DNA from: a virus
Lineage: Duplodnaviria > Caudoviricetes
DNA length: 64,000 nt
Direction: 5' to 3' (one strand)
IMG/VR virus record: IMGVR_UViG_3300046810_000370
Span: 1,891 to 65,890 of that record
In this document: positions 37,301 to 48,500 of the stretch, piece after piece
How the letters are laid out: every line of letters starts with the position of its first letter
Numbering within the stretch: the stretch's first letter is position 1
Position numbers and translations under genes: made by a program
Notes under the pieces: generated by a model
What the model was told of the DNA's origin: nothing
What the model saw: only the letters and a program-made list of their open reading frames with translations
The model's database searches: none

Positions 37301-38512
37301 TCACTCCGAGTCGAGTTCGAGGCCCTTCTCCTCGATCTCCGCACGGGTCAGGTGAACCACCTTCGAACCGGCCGGGATCCGGCCACGGCCGCGACGGGCG
37401 TAGTTGCCCTCGTCGTCGACCAGGAACGCGAACGTCTTGGACTCGTCACGCGGACGGCCACGACGCCGGCGCGTGGAGGACTGCTCCTCCTGCTCACCCT
37501 CGGACTGCTCGGCGGCCTCCGGGGCTTCCTGCTTCTGTTCGCCGGTCTGCGGCAGGGTATGAAGCGCCTTGGCCAGCAGTTCCGTCAGCGGTCGCTCGCG
37601 TACGTCGGCCTGGTTGATGACCGCGTTGCGCTCGTCCTCCAGACGGAGCACCTTGTAGGCACCCTCCAAAGCGGCGCGTATCAGGAGCAGGTCGATCTCG
37701 GCGTCCGGGACCGGCTTGGCGGTCTCCTTCTGCTGCGCCTTGTGCTGCGCGCGGGCGATCGTCTCCTGCAAGGACTCCTGCTCGCTGATGTCCTCCTCGA
37801 CCGGGGACTCCTCCGGCTCCGGCTCGGCCTTGCGGCGGGAGCGGCGGGGCTCCGGCTTCGGCTCCTCCTCCTTCGGCTCGTCCTCGGTCAGCGGCTCCTC
37901 CTGCGGCTCGGCAGCCTCGGGCTCGGCACGACGACCGCGACGGCGGCCACGCTTCGGCGCCTCCGCCTCCGCCTCGGGCTCCGGCTCGGGCTCCGGCTCG
38001 GGGGCGGGGGCGGCTTCCGGCTGCTCGGCGAAGGAGATGTCGTCGAGGCCGGCCGTCAGGTCCTTGGCCTTGATGCCGGCCTGCTCGGCGGCGTCCAGGA
38101 GGAGTTCGGCCTCCTCGCTGCCCTCGTCGCCCCACAGGAGGATGACGTGGGCGTCGCCCTGGCTGTCGGCGTTCTTCAGGAGGTCGACGATCCCGGCGGT
38201 GACGTTGGCCGTACGGACGACCTCTTCGGCGTCCGTGAGGATCTTGTCGACCGCGCGGCTCTTCTCGCCGTCGGTGACCGCGATGAACGGGATGTCGGCG
38301 TACTCGGACCACTCCAGGACGGCCTCCAGGCCGTCGGAGAGGTGCTTCTTGGTGATGGGGAGGATGAGCGTGATCTCGCGCTCGGACGGCTCGGGGTAGC
38401 CGTCCGCGTCGTCGTCGCCGAGACCCACGAAGTCGTTCAGCAGAGCCTTGACGTTCTCGACGTCCGTATCGGCGGAGCCGGCGAACGCGAGGGCGATGGG
38501 CTGAGTGCTCAA
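37301..38512 (-). CDS. acidic/Pro-Glu-rich hypothetical protein with AT-hook-like RRGR motifs
   Basis: Long ORF; start uncertain; EPEPEP and RRRGRP repeats. Confidence 0.6.
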   Translation of the reverse strand: MSTQPIALAFAGSADTDVENVKALLNDFVGLGDDDADGYPEPSEREITLILPITKKHLSDGLEAVLEWSEYADIPFIAVTDGEKSRAVDKILTDAEEVVRTANVTAGIVDLLKNADSQGDAHVILLWGDEGSEEAELLLDAAEQAGIKAKDLTAGLDDISFAEQPEAAPAPEPEPEPEPEAEAEAPKRGRRRGRRAEPEAAEPQEEPLTEDEPKEEEPKPEPRRSRRKAEPEPEESPVEEDISEQESLQETIARAQHKAQQKETAKPVPDAEIDLLLIRAALEGAYKVLRLEDERNAVINQADVRERPLTELLAKALHTLPQTGEQKQEAPEAAEQSEGEQEEQSSTRRRRGRPRDESKTFAFLVDDEGNYARRGRGRIPAGSKVVHLTRAEIEEKGLELDSE

Positions 38513-38632
38513 GTCTGCTCCAGGTGTGTGGTGTGTGCCGCCCTGATCGGCGACGAGTGAGACGTTACCGGTTATCGCTTCTAAATGCAAGAAATCCCCG
38601 CTTGTATAGCGGGGATCTCAATTCGCTTGACA

Positions 38633-38917
38633 TCAGGGCAGGTCGGGGACCCTCCGCCCGGTGGACGGATGTCTGCGGGGGATCCGCAGCGGCGGGGCCT
38701 CCACTCCGCCCCGGACCGGGATGTGCAGCAGGGCCACCACACCGGCCGCAGCCGCAGCGAGCAGCCACGGGCCGGGCACGAACTGCGCGCCGTAGGCCAG
38801 GGCGACGACCGCGACCGGCTGGAGCCAGGCGGGGAGGGAGAAGGGGAGCGCTACGGCCAGCCACTCCCACGCGGTGAAGGTGGCGAAGCAGATCAGCAGG
38901 AACCGGAACCAGTCCAT
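38633..38917 (-). CDS. small membrane protein
   Basis: MDWFRFLL..., multiple TM helices. Confidence 0.65.
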   Translation of the reverse strand: MDWFRFLLICFATFTAWEWLAVALPFSLPAWLQPVAVVALAYGAQFVPGPWLLAAAAAGVVALLHIPVRGGVEAPPLRIPRRHPSTGRRVPDLP

Positions 38918-38918
38918 G

Positions 38919-39458
38919 TCAGATCGACCTCGTACCGAGCCCGTTGACCTTCGGCAGCACGATCGTGGAGGCCGCAGGCGGGCTGACGCGGTTCTCGACG
39001 ACACGCTTCTCCATGACCCGCCGCACGGCGTCCTCCACACTCCGGGAGATCTGCTCGACGACCTCCTCGCCCAGCAGCGTGCCGCCCGCCGGGGTCTCGG
39101 TGACCTGCGTCTCCTCTACGTACCGGGCGATGGTGCCCGGCGAGATATGAAGCCGGCTCTCCGTCTCGGTTACGAGGGTGTTCTGGAGCGTGGCGAACCA
39201 CGCGTACTTCTTGAGCAGCGAGTGGTAGAAGGTCGTGCCGGTCACCCATGCCAGGAAGGCGGCCACGACAGCCGGCGCCCAGTAGAAGTGCTGCGGCTCG
39301 GCCTGGTGGACCGCCCAGAAGCCTGTGGCGACCGAGAGGGCGGCGTGCGCGATCCCCTTGACCGTGGGGTTGGTGGACGGCCGGGTGAACAGGGCGACGA
39401 TGGCGGGCAGGACCAGGCCGACGACGAGGGATGCCGCGCCGGCGTAGTTGCTGAACAT
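38919..39458 (-). CDS. holin-like membrane protein
   Basis: Three N-terminal TM helices; follows tail genes. Confidence 0.55.
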   Translation of the reverse strand: MFSNYAGAASLVVGLVLPAIVALFTRPSTNPTVKGIAHAALSVATGFWAVHQAEPQHFYWAPAVVAAFLAWVTGTTFYHSLLKKYAWFATLQNTLVTETESRLHISPGTIARYVEETQVTETPAGGTLLGEEVVEQISRSVEDAVRRVMEKRVVENRVSPPAASTIVLPKVNGLGTRSI

Positions 39459-39480
39459 GCTTGTCCTTACGGGTTCGTGG

Positions 39481-40698
39481 TTACTGGGTCGGGAGTACTG
39501 CATATTGGGGCACCGCTGAAGTGATTCCCAAAGGCGTATTCTCGTCGAGTAGCGTGCGGATGAGGTAACTCCGCTCGACCCGGTTCTCGTAGAAGTACGA
39601 GCGCGTGAGGTTCGCGGTCCCGGCGGTTTCCCAGAGGTAATCCGCGCCCATCGAACCGTCGAAGTAATCCCGTACCGAGGTGCCTTCCTCGACCAGGATC
39701 CCGTCGGCCCAGAAGATGCTGGGCTGGCCCGCAGTCATCGTCGACCGGGAAACGTTGAACCCCATCCACACCGAGGAGACCTTGGCGTCGAACGTCACCC
39801 AGACAGTGCGCCACTGAGGGTTCTTCGGATCCGGCTGGGAGGTACGGAAGGTGGTGCGATCGACCATCGTGGAGTAGCTGGCGCCGGTCCACGCGTATAC
39901 GTCACCGCAAGACTGAGCGATGGCCAGCCGTGCGCTCATGGTGTACCGGCGCCCCGGGATGAGTCCCGTGATCTGGAAGTTGAACCCTCCGTCGGTGGAC
40001 CCGGCGGCCGGTGAGGTGACCTTGCAGGAGCCGGTCCCGGTCCAGCAGAAGGGGTCGGCGGCCACGGTCGCGCTGTTGATGGCAACGGCTCCCGTGATAC
40101 CGCTCTCGAAGTTCGGGTTCGTCGCGTAGTTGAGCCGGGTCGGCTTGATGAGGACCTGGATCTCCCGCGCGTTCTGGTACAGGCTCGGGCCGGCCGCTAC
40201 CAGTGGCAGCGGTTCGAACTGCACCGCATCCAAAATCTGGTGTTTGGTCGCCGACATGCTCGCGAACTTGAACCCGACGGCCGCGTACGCAGCGCGCTTC
40301 CAGGCGTAGCCACCCCCGGACACCGGATAGTCCACCGGCCCGGTGAACGCGGCGTACGGACGGCTGTAGGAGCCGGCGACAGCGGACTTGAGCGCGCCGG
40401 ATGTGGCGCCGATCCACGCCATGGCCGGGTCGGTGCCGCCGACCGGGTAGTGGGAGAAGTCCTTGAACGCGGAGGCCGGCGCCCGGACTCCGGCTGACAG
40501 CAGACCCTGGATGGTGAACTGGCCGGCCAGTGGAGACAGCGGCTTGGGGCGCGGGATCTTCGCGAGGATGACGCCGTCGAAGGAGACCGTGCCGCCGAGC
40601 TGCGGCGTGTAGGTCCGGTACTTGCCCATGACGATGGTGCCGGTGACCGCAACGGACGGGGTGTACTCGTAGTCGTTGCGGATGATGATGTCCGTCAT
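39481..40698 (-). CDS. tail protein with carbohydrate-binding-like domain
   Basis: NYATNPNFE, YFDGS; position in baseplate cluster. Confidence 0.65.
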   Translation of the reverse strand: MTDIIIRNDYEYTPSVAVTGTIVMGKYRTYTPQLGGTVSFDGVILAKIPRPKPLSPLAGQFTIQGLLSAGVRAPASAFKDFSHYPVGGTDPAMAWIGATSGALKSAVAGSYSRPYAAFTGPVDYPVSGGGYAWKRAAYAAVGFKFASMSATKHQILDAVQFEPLPLVAAGPSLYQNAREIQVLIKPTRLNYATNPNFESGITGAVAINSATVAADPFCWTGTGSCKVTSPAAGSTDGGFNFQITGLIPGRRYTMSARLAIAQSCGDVYAWTGASYSTMVDRTTFRTSQPDPKNPQWRTVWVTFDAKVSSVWMGFNVSRSTMTAGQPSIFWADGILVEEGTSVRDYFDGSMGADYLWETAGTANLTRSYFYENRVERSYLIRTLLDENTPLGITSAVPQYAVLPTQ

Positions 40699-42680
40699 CA
40701 GGTGACCGCCATTCCGACCTTGGTGGCTGTGCTGAACGTCGAGTTAGTAAGGGTGAGCACCTGAGTTCCGTTCCTCTGCACGGTGATGTTGCTTCCGACG
40801 AACGTGACCGTGAGCCGGTCCCCGTCCTGGCAGGTCTGGGAGTAGGCGTAGGTGGCGACCCAGGCTCCGGCCTCGATGCGGTGCAGACCGCTCCGCCCCG
40901 CGCGCCAGTAGTTGGAGGCGTCCTGGAGCCGGAAGACGGCGCCCTGCTTGAGGGTGTTGCCGGGGTTGGTCAGGAACGTCACGGCGACTGTGCCGTCCGC
41001 GTGGCCGGGCATGGTGGCGACGGATGCCGTGGCTCCTACGGGGTAGGCCGCCCCGCCCGCGTAGCCGCTGGAGGTCCACTGGCCGGTCGTTTCCGTCCAG
41101 GAGGCAGCGCCGATGTCCGAGGTGCGGGTCGTCCAGTCGCTCCAGCCCTGCGTGAAGGAGTCCAGCACGTTGTACGCCGGAACCTGGTCGCTGTAGAGCG
41201 TGGTCACCAGGGCGCCGTGCTCGTCGTAGTACTCGACGAACGGGGACACCACGACCTGCTCGCCGGAGTAGGCCTGCGCGTAGCCGGACAGGCACATCTG
41301 CACGCGATCGTCGTACCCGAGCGGAGTCCACTGGGTGTTCGCGGTCGGTGTGGTCGGCGGTGCGACGTTGAGGCTGGCGGTGAGCGCCTGGTAGACGCGG
41401 CCGTGGTAGATGATGACGTCGCCCGGCTGGTAGTAGGCGCCGTCGTCCCAGTTCTGCCAGGTGTACGGGACCGGGATGCCATAGAGCACAGGCTGCTGCG
41501 GGTCCATGGTCGCCTGGCCGGCGACACGACCGACGGAGCGCACACCCATGGTGGCCACGGACCCACCGGAGTTGGTGTTGCGCACCCACAGCGCGTTGCC
41601 GGCCTTGTCGTTGGGGTCGGTCGGGTTCTGCACGCCGATGCCCACCAGGACGCCGCCCGTGCCCGGGGAGACGCCGGCGGTGAAGGAGATCTCCTCCCAC
41701 CCGGCGACGCGGCCGTTGGCGTCGACCAGCGTGGAGTCCGTGCCGTACTGCACGGCCGTCCAGTACGCGTTGGACGCCGTGGTGCCCGTCGGGGCCTGCG
41801 AGGATCCGTAGGCGCCGCTGCTGCCTGCCTGGTAGAGGTAAGCACCGAACTCGATCTTGTCCCCGGCCGCGTAGTTCACGCCCGCGTCCCACTGCGGGTA
41901 GCTGGGGTGGTCGAAGTCGGCCTGGTCGTCGGAGAGCATGAGGTTGCGGCCGATGGCGAGGTCGGCGTCGTACCCGGTCGTCTCGGAGATGACGGAGCGG
42001 ATCTGCTCCAGGGTGCCCTTCTGCCGCCCGAGCGTCGCGGCGTCGCGCACGCGCTGCCGGAAGAGGTAGGCGGGCGTGGACGCCTCGAAGTCGATACCGA
42101 ACTGCGTGGCCAACTGGGCGATGTTGTCGTAGCGGGTACGCATCGCGTCGTTGGTGTAGCGGTTGGAGTCGTAGTACGACTTGACCATGTCGAAGCCGAA
42201 CCCGAAGACCGACAGGAACGGCGCCAGGTACGGGTTGATGGTGTTGGAGTCGTCGGTGGCGTTGTTGCCCGGGGCGACGTCGACCTTGTAGTGCTCGGGG
42301 ACGAGGGAGTACAGCAGGTCGGTGTACCCGCTGTCCTTGGGCATGAGGCAGGCGACGGTGCCGGCCCGAGACCACTGGCCGGAGGCGGAGATGAAGATCG
42401 TGTAGTACAGCCAGTGCCCGCCGGCGACACCTGTGTCCGCGTAGTTGGTCGCGGTGTGCGTCTGGTCGAGGAGGATCTCCCCGTCGGTCTCGTTGACGGC
42501 CCAGCCGTACCGGTTGCGCAGCAGGCGCAGGGTGTCCCACGAGCCGGCGGGGGCGGTCCAGTCCAGGAGCACGGTCGAGTAGTCCACGGGCGTGGCTGTG
42601 AACGGGCTGACGTCGAAGTCCGGGTGGACATCGGTCCCGTACTTCGTCAGCCCGTAGAGGGAAGCGCCGTAAGTGCCCAT
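40698..42680 (-). CDS. baseplate wedge/tail protein with CBM-like repeats
   Basis: RQKGTLEQI wedge motif; W...Y..GD repeats. Confidence 0.7.
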   Translation of the reverse strand: MGTYGASLYGLTKYGTDVHPDFDVSPFTATPVDYSTVLLDWTAPAGSWDTLRLLRNRYGWAVNETDGEILLDQTHTATNYADTGVAGGHWLYYTIFISASGQWSRAGTVACLMPKDSGYTDLLYSLVPEHYKVDVAPGNNATDDSNTINPYLAPFLSVFGFGFDMVKSYYDSNRYTNDAMRTRYDNIAQLATQFGIDFEASTPAYLFRQRVRDAATLGRQKGTLEQIRSVISETTGYDADLAIGRNLMLSDDQADFDHPSYPQWDAGVNYAAGDKIEFGAYLYQAGSSGAYGSSQAPTGTTASNAYWTAVQYGTDSTLVDANGRVAGWEEISFTAGVSPGTGGVLVGIGVQNPTDPNDKAGNALWVRNTNSGGSVATMGVRSVGRVAGQATMDPQQPVLYGIPVPYTWQNWDDGAYYQPGDVIIYHGRVYQALTASLNVAPPTTPTANTQWTPLGYDDRVQMCLSGYAQAYSGEQVVVSPFVEYYDEHGALVTTLYSDQVPAYNVLDSFTQGWSDWTTRTSDIGAASWTETTGQWTSSGYAGGAAYPVGATASVATMPGHADGTVAVTFLTNPGNTLKQGAVFRLQDASNYWRAGRSGLHRIEAGAWVATYAYSQTCQDGDRLTVTFVGSNITVQRNGTQVLTLTNSTFSTATKVGMAVT

Positions 42681-42687
42681 GGGTGGC

Positions 42688-43335
42688 TCACATCTCCCGG
42701 AGCATGGACACGGAGAAGTTGATCTCGTCCAGGGTGTAGGTCTTGCCGCCGTTGGCGTTGCGCTCGATCATCTCGATCTTCTTGCCGGCCGCGACCGGGC
42801 CCTGCCAGAAGGCCGTGGTGTGGCTGTAGCCGTTGAAGTTGTGCGTCACCGTGTGACACACGACGCGGTTGCCGCCCACGGAGAGGCCGAGCCAGCGCTC
42901 CGGGTCTTCCAGGAGGATCGACCCTCGGCAGTACGCGGATGCGATCCACCAGCCGGAGCGGTTGGTCGTGACTGCCGACCCGTCGAAGATGCCTTCGGGG
43001 TCGTTGGCGGCCGACGGCCTGGGGAACGGAATCGGGATCCGCTCGGCGGCGCCGGTCACCGGGTGCGTCGGAGGCTTGAGCGTGTGCGAGGTCTTGGTCA
43101 TGTAGCAGACCGGAATGCCCTTGCCGCGCTGGATGGCGTCCAGGCGCGCGGCCACCGACGCCCACGTGTTCGTCTTCATCTTCAGCGCGGTGCCCTGGTG
43201 AGGGTTGAGTCCCAGGGTCTGCTGGATGGCCAGGACCTCGTCCTGGAGGTTGTTCACGTGACTGGCGTCGATGTCCTCGACGAGGTTCTTGTGGATGGTG
43301 AAACTCTTGTACTGCTTCGGGTAGACAGCGGCCAT
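42688..43335 (-). CDS. tail/baseplate-associated protein
   Basis: ASHVNNLQDEVLAIQQTLG; ATG 43335. Confidence 0.6.
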   Translation of the reverse strand: MAAVYPKQYKSFTIHKNLVEDIDASHVNNLQDEVLAIQQTLGLNPHQGTALKMKTNTWASVAARLDAIQRGKGIPVCYMTKTSHTLKPPTHPVTGAAERIPIPFPRPSAANDPEGIFDGSAVTTNRSGWWIASAYCRGSILLEDPERWLGLSVGGNRVVCHTVTHNFNGYSHTTAFWQGPVAAGKKIEMIERNANGGKTYTLDEINFSVSMLREM

Positions 43336-44807
43336 CAGCCGATTCCTCCGGTCATGACGATGTTGGCGATGTTGCCGACCTTGGGGATCTCCCAGGCACG
43401 CATGACGATGTCGGCGGTACCGGTCTGGGCGGCGTCGGAACGGGCGATCATGGGGATGTCGACGTAGCGGACTCCGTCCACCGCGAGGATGGTCTTGTAG
43501 AAGTCGCTGAGGGTCAGACGCTGGCCGAAGTCGACCTGGGCGAAGGACAGCATGTTCTTGATCGCCTGCTGCACGTCGTAGAGGACGGAGGCCCTGGAGT
43601 AGCGGGGCCAGCACTCGACGGTGATCGGCTTGGATGCCGTGCCCACGTTGACGGCGACGGTGGCGGGACCGGACACGGAGACCGTGGTGCCTGCCAGGGC
43701 CTTGGCCTGGAGAGCGGTCTGGACCCTCTGGACGGTTGCCGTGCTGGGGGTTCCTCCGTCGGATCCGATGACGAACACGGAGATCGAGGTGTACGTCGAG
43801 GCCACGGCGTTCGCCCGGACGATGCCGGGCAGGGTCAGGGCGAGGTCGGAGAAGTCGCCGAGGGTGACGCAGCGGTCCTGGGTGCGGAAGATCCTGGGGG
43901 CGTTCGCACGGATCTGGTCGTTGCTCTCCGCGTCGGCCCCGCCGGTCATGGCCGAGGAGATCGCGCTGCCGTCGGAGTTCTGGGCGATGGTGACACCGGG
44001 CAGGTTCGAGGCCGCGATGGCGTTGACGACGCCCGGGTTCACGTTGCCGACCGCTCCGCCACCCACGCGGTAGGTCGCGTACAGGGTCAACTGGGTCGTG
44101 GGGATCGCGCCGTTGATGTTGTCGCCGAAGCGGATCCAGGTGGCGCCGGAGTCGTCGAGGAACGTGGCGAACACGCGGTCGTTGGGGTCGGCGTCCACGA
44201 GGTAGTCGACGTGCGTCCACTCGATGACGTTGTCGACGTCGTCCACGAAGGCCTGCACGGTGCCGTTGATGACGGGCACGTCGGGCAGCCGGAACTCCTG
44301 CACGGGCAGGCCCGAGCTGGTGCCGACGTTGACCTGGGTGCGGGTGACTCCCTGGGTGACGCTGACCGTGGCCGTGCCGCCGTTGACGGGCACGAGGATG
44401 TCGGTGTTGGTCTCGTACGTGATCGGTCCGTCGATGGACTCGATGTAGTCGGTGACGACCTGAGTGCCTGCGGGCACGAGGACGGCCGGCCCCGGGTTGG
44501 AGGTCTGGAAGGTGACGGTGCCGTTGGCCGGGACGCCGTTGCTCGGGCTGTAGCCGAGCAGGTCGGCTATCTGGAGCAGGGACAGTCGCTGGGTCGCGGT
44601 CGGCAGGAACGCCTCCTGCTGGAGACGGTCGCCGTAGTAGGAGAGGCTGTCCCCGAGGTAGGAGAACAGCTCGACCAGGAGCACGCCGAAGTCGCCCTCG
44701 GAGCCGGGGATCCACTGCGGGAACTTGCGGGCGGCGTAGTCCAGCAGGGAGGCCTTGAAGCCCTCGTAATCCCTGCTGGTGTAGTCGATGGCAGGTACGT
44801 CAGCCAT
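43335..44807 (-). CDS. baseplate J/gp6-like wedge protein
   Basis: IDYTSRDY, FGD...GAIP, YRVGGG..GN, GGADAES, RCVTLGDF. Confidence 0.9.
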   Translation of the reverse strand: MADVPAIDYTSRDYEGFKASLLDYAARKFPQWIPGSEGDFGVLLVELFSYLGDSLSYYGDRLQQEAFLPTATQRLSLLQIADLLGYSPSNGVPANGTVTFQTSNPGPAVLVPAGTQVVTDYIESIDGPITYETNTDILVPVNGGTATVSVTQGVTRTQVNVGTSSGLPVQEFRLPDVPVINGTVQAFVDDVDNVIEWTHVDYLVDADPNDRVFATFLDDSGATWIRFGDNINGAIPTTQLTLYATYRVGGGAVGNVNPGVVNAIAASNLPGVTIAQNSDGSAISSAMTGGADAESNDQIRANAPRIFRTQDRCVTLGDFSDLALTLPGIVRANAVASTYTSISVFVIGSDGGTPSTATVQRVQTALQAKALAGTTVSVSGPATVAVNVGTASKPITVECWPRYSRASVLYDVQQAIKNMLSFAQVDFGQRLTLSDFYKTILAVDGVRYVDIPMIARSDAAQTGTADIVMRAWEIPKVGNIANIVMTGGIG

Positions 44808-45219
44808 TGATGACCTCGCTTACGGTGCCGCCCACACGGACCACGGCGGTATTGGTCTGGAGCGACAGGCTGGATGGGGACGTACCGGCCTCGCGGCGCA
44901 TGTAGTCGACCTCGATCCGGGCGAGGGACAACTGGGAGGCGTCCGGGATCGGGACGGCCTTCCGCAGCACCACACCGGGCTCGTACGTATTGAACGCGGC
45001 CGTCACGGCGCGGCTAATTTCCTGCGCGACAAAGGACGCGTCAGGATCGAACAGCAGATCAGCCACGGGAACCCCGTAATCCGGGAGCATGACCCGCTCC
45101 CCCGGCTGCGTGCCGACGAGTGCGTGGACGTGCTGAGCGATCTGCCTGTCCGGATTCGTCTCGACGGCGATAGTCCCGTCGGACGCAAGGCGAAATGGAA
45201 CTGCAATCTCGGTAGGCAT
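44800..45219 (-). CDS. GPW/gp25-family baseplate protein
   Basis: TQPGERVMLPDYG...YEP. Confidence 0.9.
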   Translation of the reverse strand: MPTEIAVPFRLASDGTIAVETNPDRQIAQHVHALVGTQPGERVMLPDYGVPVADLLFDPDASFVAQEISRAVTAAFNTYEPGVVLRKAVPIPDASQLSLARIEVDYMRREAGTSPSSLSLQTNTAVVRVGGTVSEVING

Positions 45220-45269
45220 GCTTGCATTCTCCCAGGAATGCCTACCCAGATTGCAGTTCCAGTTTTAGG

Positions 45270-45569
45270 TCAGAAGCCGGGGAATGCCACAGCAGCGTCG
45301 TCGATCACGACCGCGTTCTCTGCTGCGATATCAGCGTCGACCTGCTGCCGGGCAGCGTTGTACGCCTGCGCGGCCTCGTTGTAGCGGGGGGCGCCGGCGT
45401 TCTGGTTGACGTTCTGCTCCCAGGAGACCCAGTTGTCCTTGACGTACGCCTTGAACGCGTACTCCAGGAGTTCCTGGTCGCCCAACTGGCTGTCGGAGTA
45501 GACGCCGTGGAAGGAGGCAGCCACTCGCGGCCAGTACTCGTCGGGGATGGAGATGGTGATGTCGGCCAT
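45270..45569 (-). CDS. hypothetical protein
   Basis: MADITISIPD...; TAATG context. Confidence 0.6.
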   Translation of the reverse strand: MADITISIPDEYWPRVAASFHGVYSDSQLGDQELLEYAFKAYVKDNWVSWEQNVNQNAGAPRYNEAAQAYNAARQQVDADIAAENAVVIDDAAVAFPGF

Positions 45570-45585
45570 TAAAGGGTCGTCCTCA

Positions 45586-48500
45586 CTACTTCGTGTACGT
45601 GATTTTGAGTTGCGGCGGGTGGGAATCTCCGAAGCCATCGAAGGCGCCGTAATAGGTCTTGTTGGTACTTGAACCCAAGTCGCCACCCAGCGTGATTCCA
45701 CGATAGGGGGTAGCGGCGTTCCAAGTGGAATTCCAGGACGAGGGCAGGGTGACCCATTTACCGGCGCCGACAGGCCAGTTGGCCACGGTCAGGTTGTTCG
45801 TGGACGCGGACGACGTCGGAGCACTGACCTGGGTATGCACTCCGATATGTGCGGTACCGCCGGCGTTGTAGTACCAGTGGTTGGCGTACAGGTAGACCTC
45901 GACCTTGGAGACCTTCGCCGTGGATCCCATGTCGGTGAACGGCTGGGTGCCGAATCCGACCATGGACTTGTTCGTGCCCCAGGTCCCGGAGTAGTAGCCC
46001 TGGTACATCGTGCCGTCGCTGTAGCCGGCGTTGCCGAACCGTCGGGACCAGGTGGCCTTGTACGTCTTGGTGTACGTCTTCGTCGCCGTGACCGCCGCGC
46101 CGCCCGTGTTGTAGACGCCGTTTTCGGGGAGGGCCGGGCCCACGTCTTCGACGTAGAAGTCAGAGGACTGCGCCGGGATGTAGTTCCGCAGGCCCCAGCC
46201 GGTGGCGTTGCCCGAGTGCTGCGTGGCGGCCCACAGAATCCGGTGGTCTCCCGGCGCCAGGGCCGTGGTGCTGCTGTACAGACCGCCCGCGTCGGCGGAG
46301 CAGGTAATGATGCCCTCGACGACAGTGGTGCCGTCGGTGCCACCGCCGTCGTAGTACATGCCGAAGTTGCGGGCGATGGTCGTGTCCGTGACCCTCGGGC
46401 TGGCACCGTTCGGATTGACGAGCGTGCATCCGTTGAGCGAGGTCGTCGTGCCGGCGACGTTGATGCGGCACTCCAGCACCTGGTTGCCCGTGCCTCCGTT
46501 GAAGTCGAACTGCGACCGGGCGATGATGCGGTACATACGGCCCTCGACGGCTGTGAAGGCCAGCTCGATGAGGCCGGTGTCGGTCGTGTAGTAGGTCGTC
46601 GAGGTCGGCTTGTTCGTCCAGCCGCGCTCGTACGTGACGATGCCCCACGGCATGTTCCACAGCAGGTCGGAGAGTTCTTTGCCCTGGTACCAGATCTGGC
46701 CCGTCGGGTCGTCGCTCGTCGCGGTGTCCGGCCGGATCGGGGTGAAGATCGAGTTGAAGGTGCCGACACCGTTGGGGTCGATGGACGCCGCTCCGGCCGC
46801 GAAAGTCGCGTGCGCGTTGGTCGAGGTCAGTTCGGTTTGCAGCATGCCGTCTGGGCCGTACAGGCGCACACCGCCGGCGGAGATGTCCGTGGCGCCGTAG
46901 CCCTCGCGCATGACCAGGACGTCGTCCACGCAGATGTAGGAGAACGACGTCGTGGACAGGCCGTACGAGCCGGGGTTCAACTGCTGGAAGGTCACCCGGC
47001 CGTACAGGGCACCGGTCGGGATGATGCCCTCGAAGATGTCCTCGGTGTAGGAGGCGGAGTTGTAGGTGACGTCGTTGGCACTGGCCAGCATGTCGGTCCA
47101 GGTGACCTTGTCCGGGCTGGTCTCGAAGGTGACGTGCAGGTGGCCGATGCCGTAGTACCAGTACCGCAGCATGTAGACGTCGCCCGCGACGACCGTGAAG
47201 GGGTCGCTGGTCGCGGTCGCGGTGCCGGTGTTGTTCACGCCGAGGGCGAGCTTGCCCTGGCCGGAGCGTGCCGGGTAGCCGCCCTGACCGATCTCGATCT
47301 TGGCGGCTGTGGTGACCAGCGTGTTGTCGCTCTGGGTCAGGGTCCAGCCGGGCCGGGCTACGTCCTCGAAGCCGCCGTTGGTCACCAGGTTGCCGGTGAC
47401 CGAGCCGAGGGAGAGGTGCTGGGCGTTGACGTTGCCGAGGTTGATGTTGGTCGAGTTGACCTGCCCGGTCTCGACGACCTCGATGGTGAACATGTCCATC
47501 TCGGCCGCGCCCGATCCGCCGCTGTAGTTCAGGTACAGGCAGGGGCTGATGTACTTCACGTTCTGGTGCAGCGTGGCCGGCGCGGTCGGGTTGTTGGCCG
47601 TGCTGCTTCCCGTGGGGGTGGCGGCGACGCCCTTGATGTAGCCGGTGTAGGTCACCCATGGGCCGCCCGTGGTGAGAGGCACTCCCTTGGCCGCGACGTA
47701 GTGCTGGCTGGAGACGGAGTTAGCCCCGGTTATGTTGACCAGGGTCACGCCGTCGGACGCGATGCCGGTGACGCCCGCGTAGAAGTTCTGGTTGGTGCCC
47801 GGGGTGGAGTTGTCAGACACCTGACGGACCCGGCAGGTCACGCGGTAGGTCACGGTCGGGTCGAAGGGGATGAGCAGGTCCGGGCGGTAAGCACCCTGGA
47901 CGTAGCCGGCGCAGCGCATGACGAAGCCGCCGGAGGCCGCGTCGGTCTTGGATACCGAAGATATGGTGCCGCCCGCACCCGCGTTGTTCCTCCACTTCGA
48001 GGCGTTGGTGCCGAAGTCGTAGAACTTCTGGCCCACCAGACCCTGAAGACCTGCGCTGAACTTGTCGACGGTCAGCGTTCCGGCCGTGATGCTGCTCGCG
48101 TCCAGGTTGGTGATGCTGGCCAGGCTCGCGTCGATGGTGCCCGTCTTGATCGAGCCGCCGTTGATCGTGGTCGTGGTCGGGATGGTGCCGTTACTCAACT
48201 GCCCGGCCGGGACGCTGACGCCTGCGCCGATGGAGCCGGTGACTGTGCCTGCGGAAGTGGCGCTGGTCGCGGACGTAGCCGACGTGGCGGTCGTTGCCGA
48301 GGTAGCGCTGGCCACCGTGCCGTTCACGTTCCCGCCGGTCACCACCAGGTTCGTCGCGTCGATCTGGGATGCGGACAACTTACCGACGGTGATCTTGCTG
48401 GCGTCGATGCTGGCGATGACACCGCTCTGGGCCGTGATCGTTCCGGCCGCCATCTGGTTCGCTGTGATCGTGTTCGCCGCGATCTGGTTGGCGGTGATGG

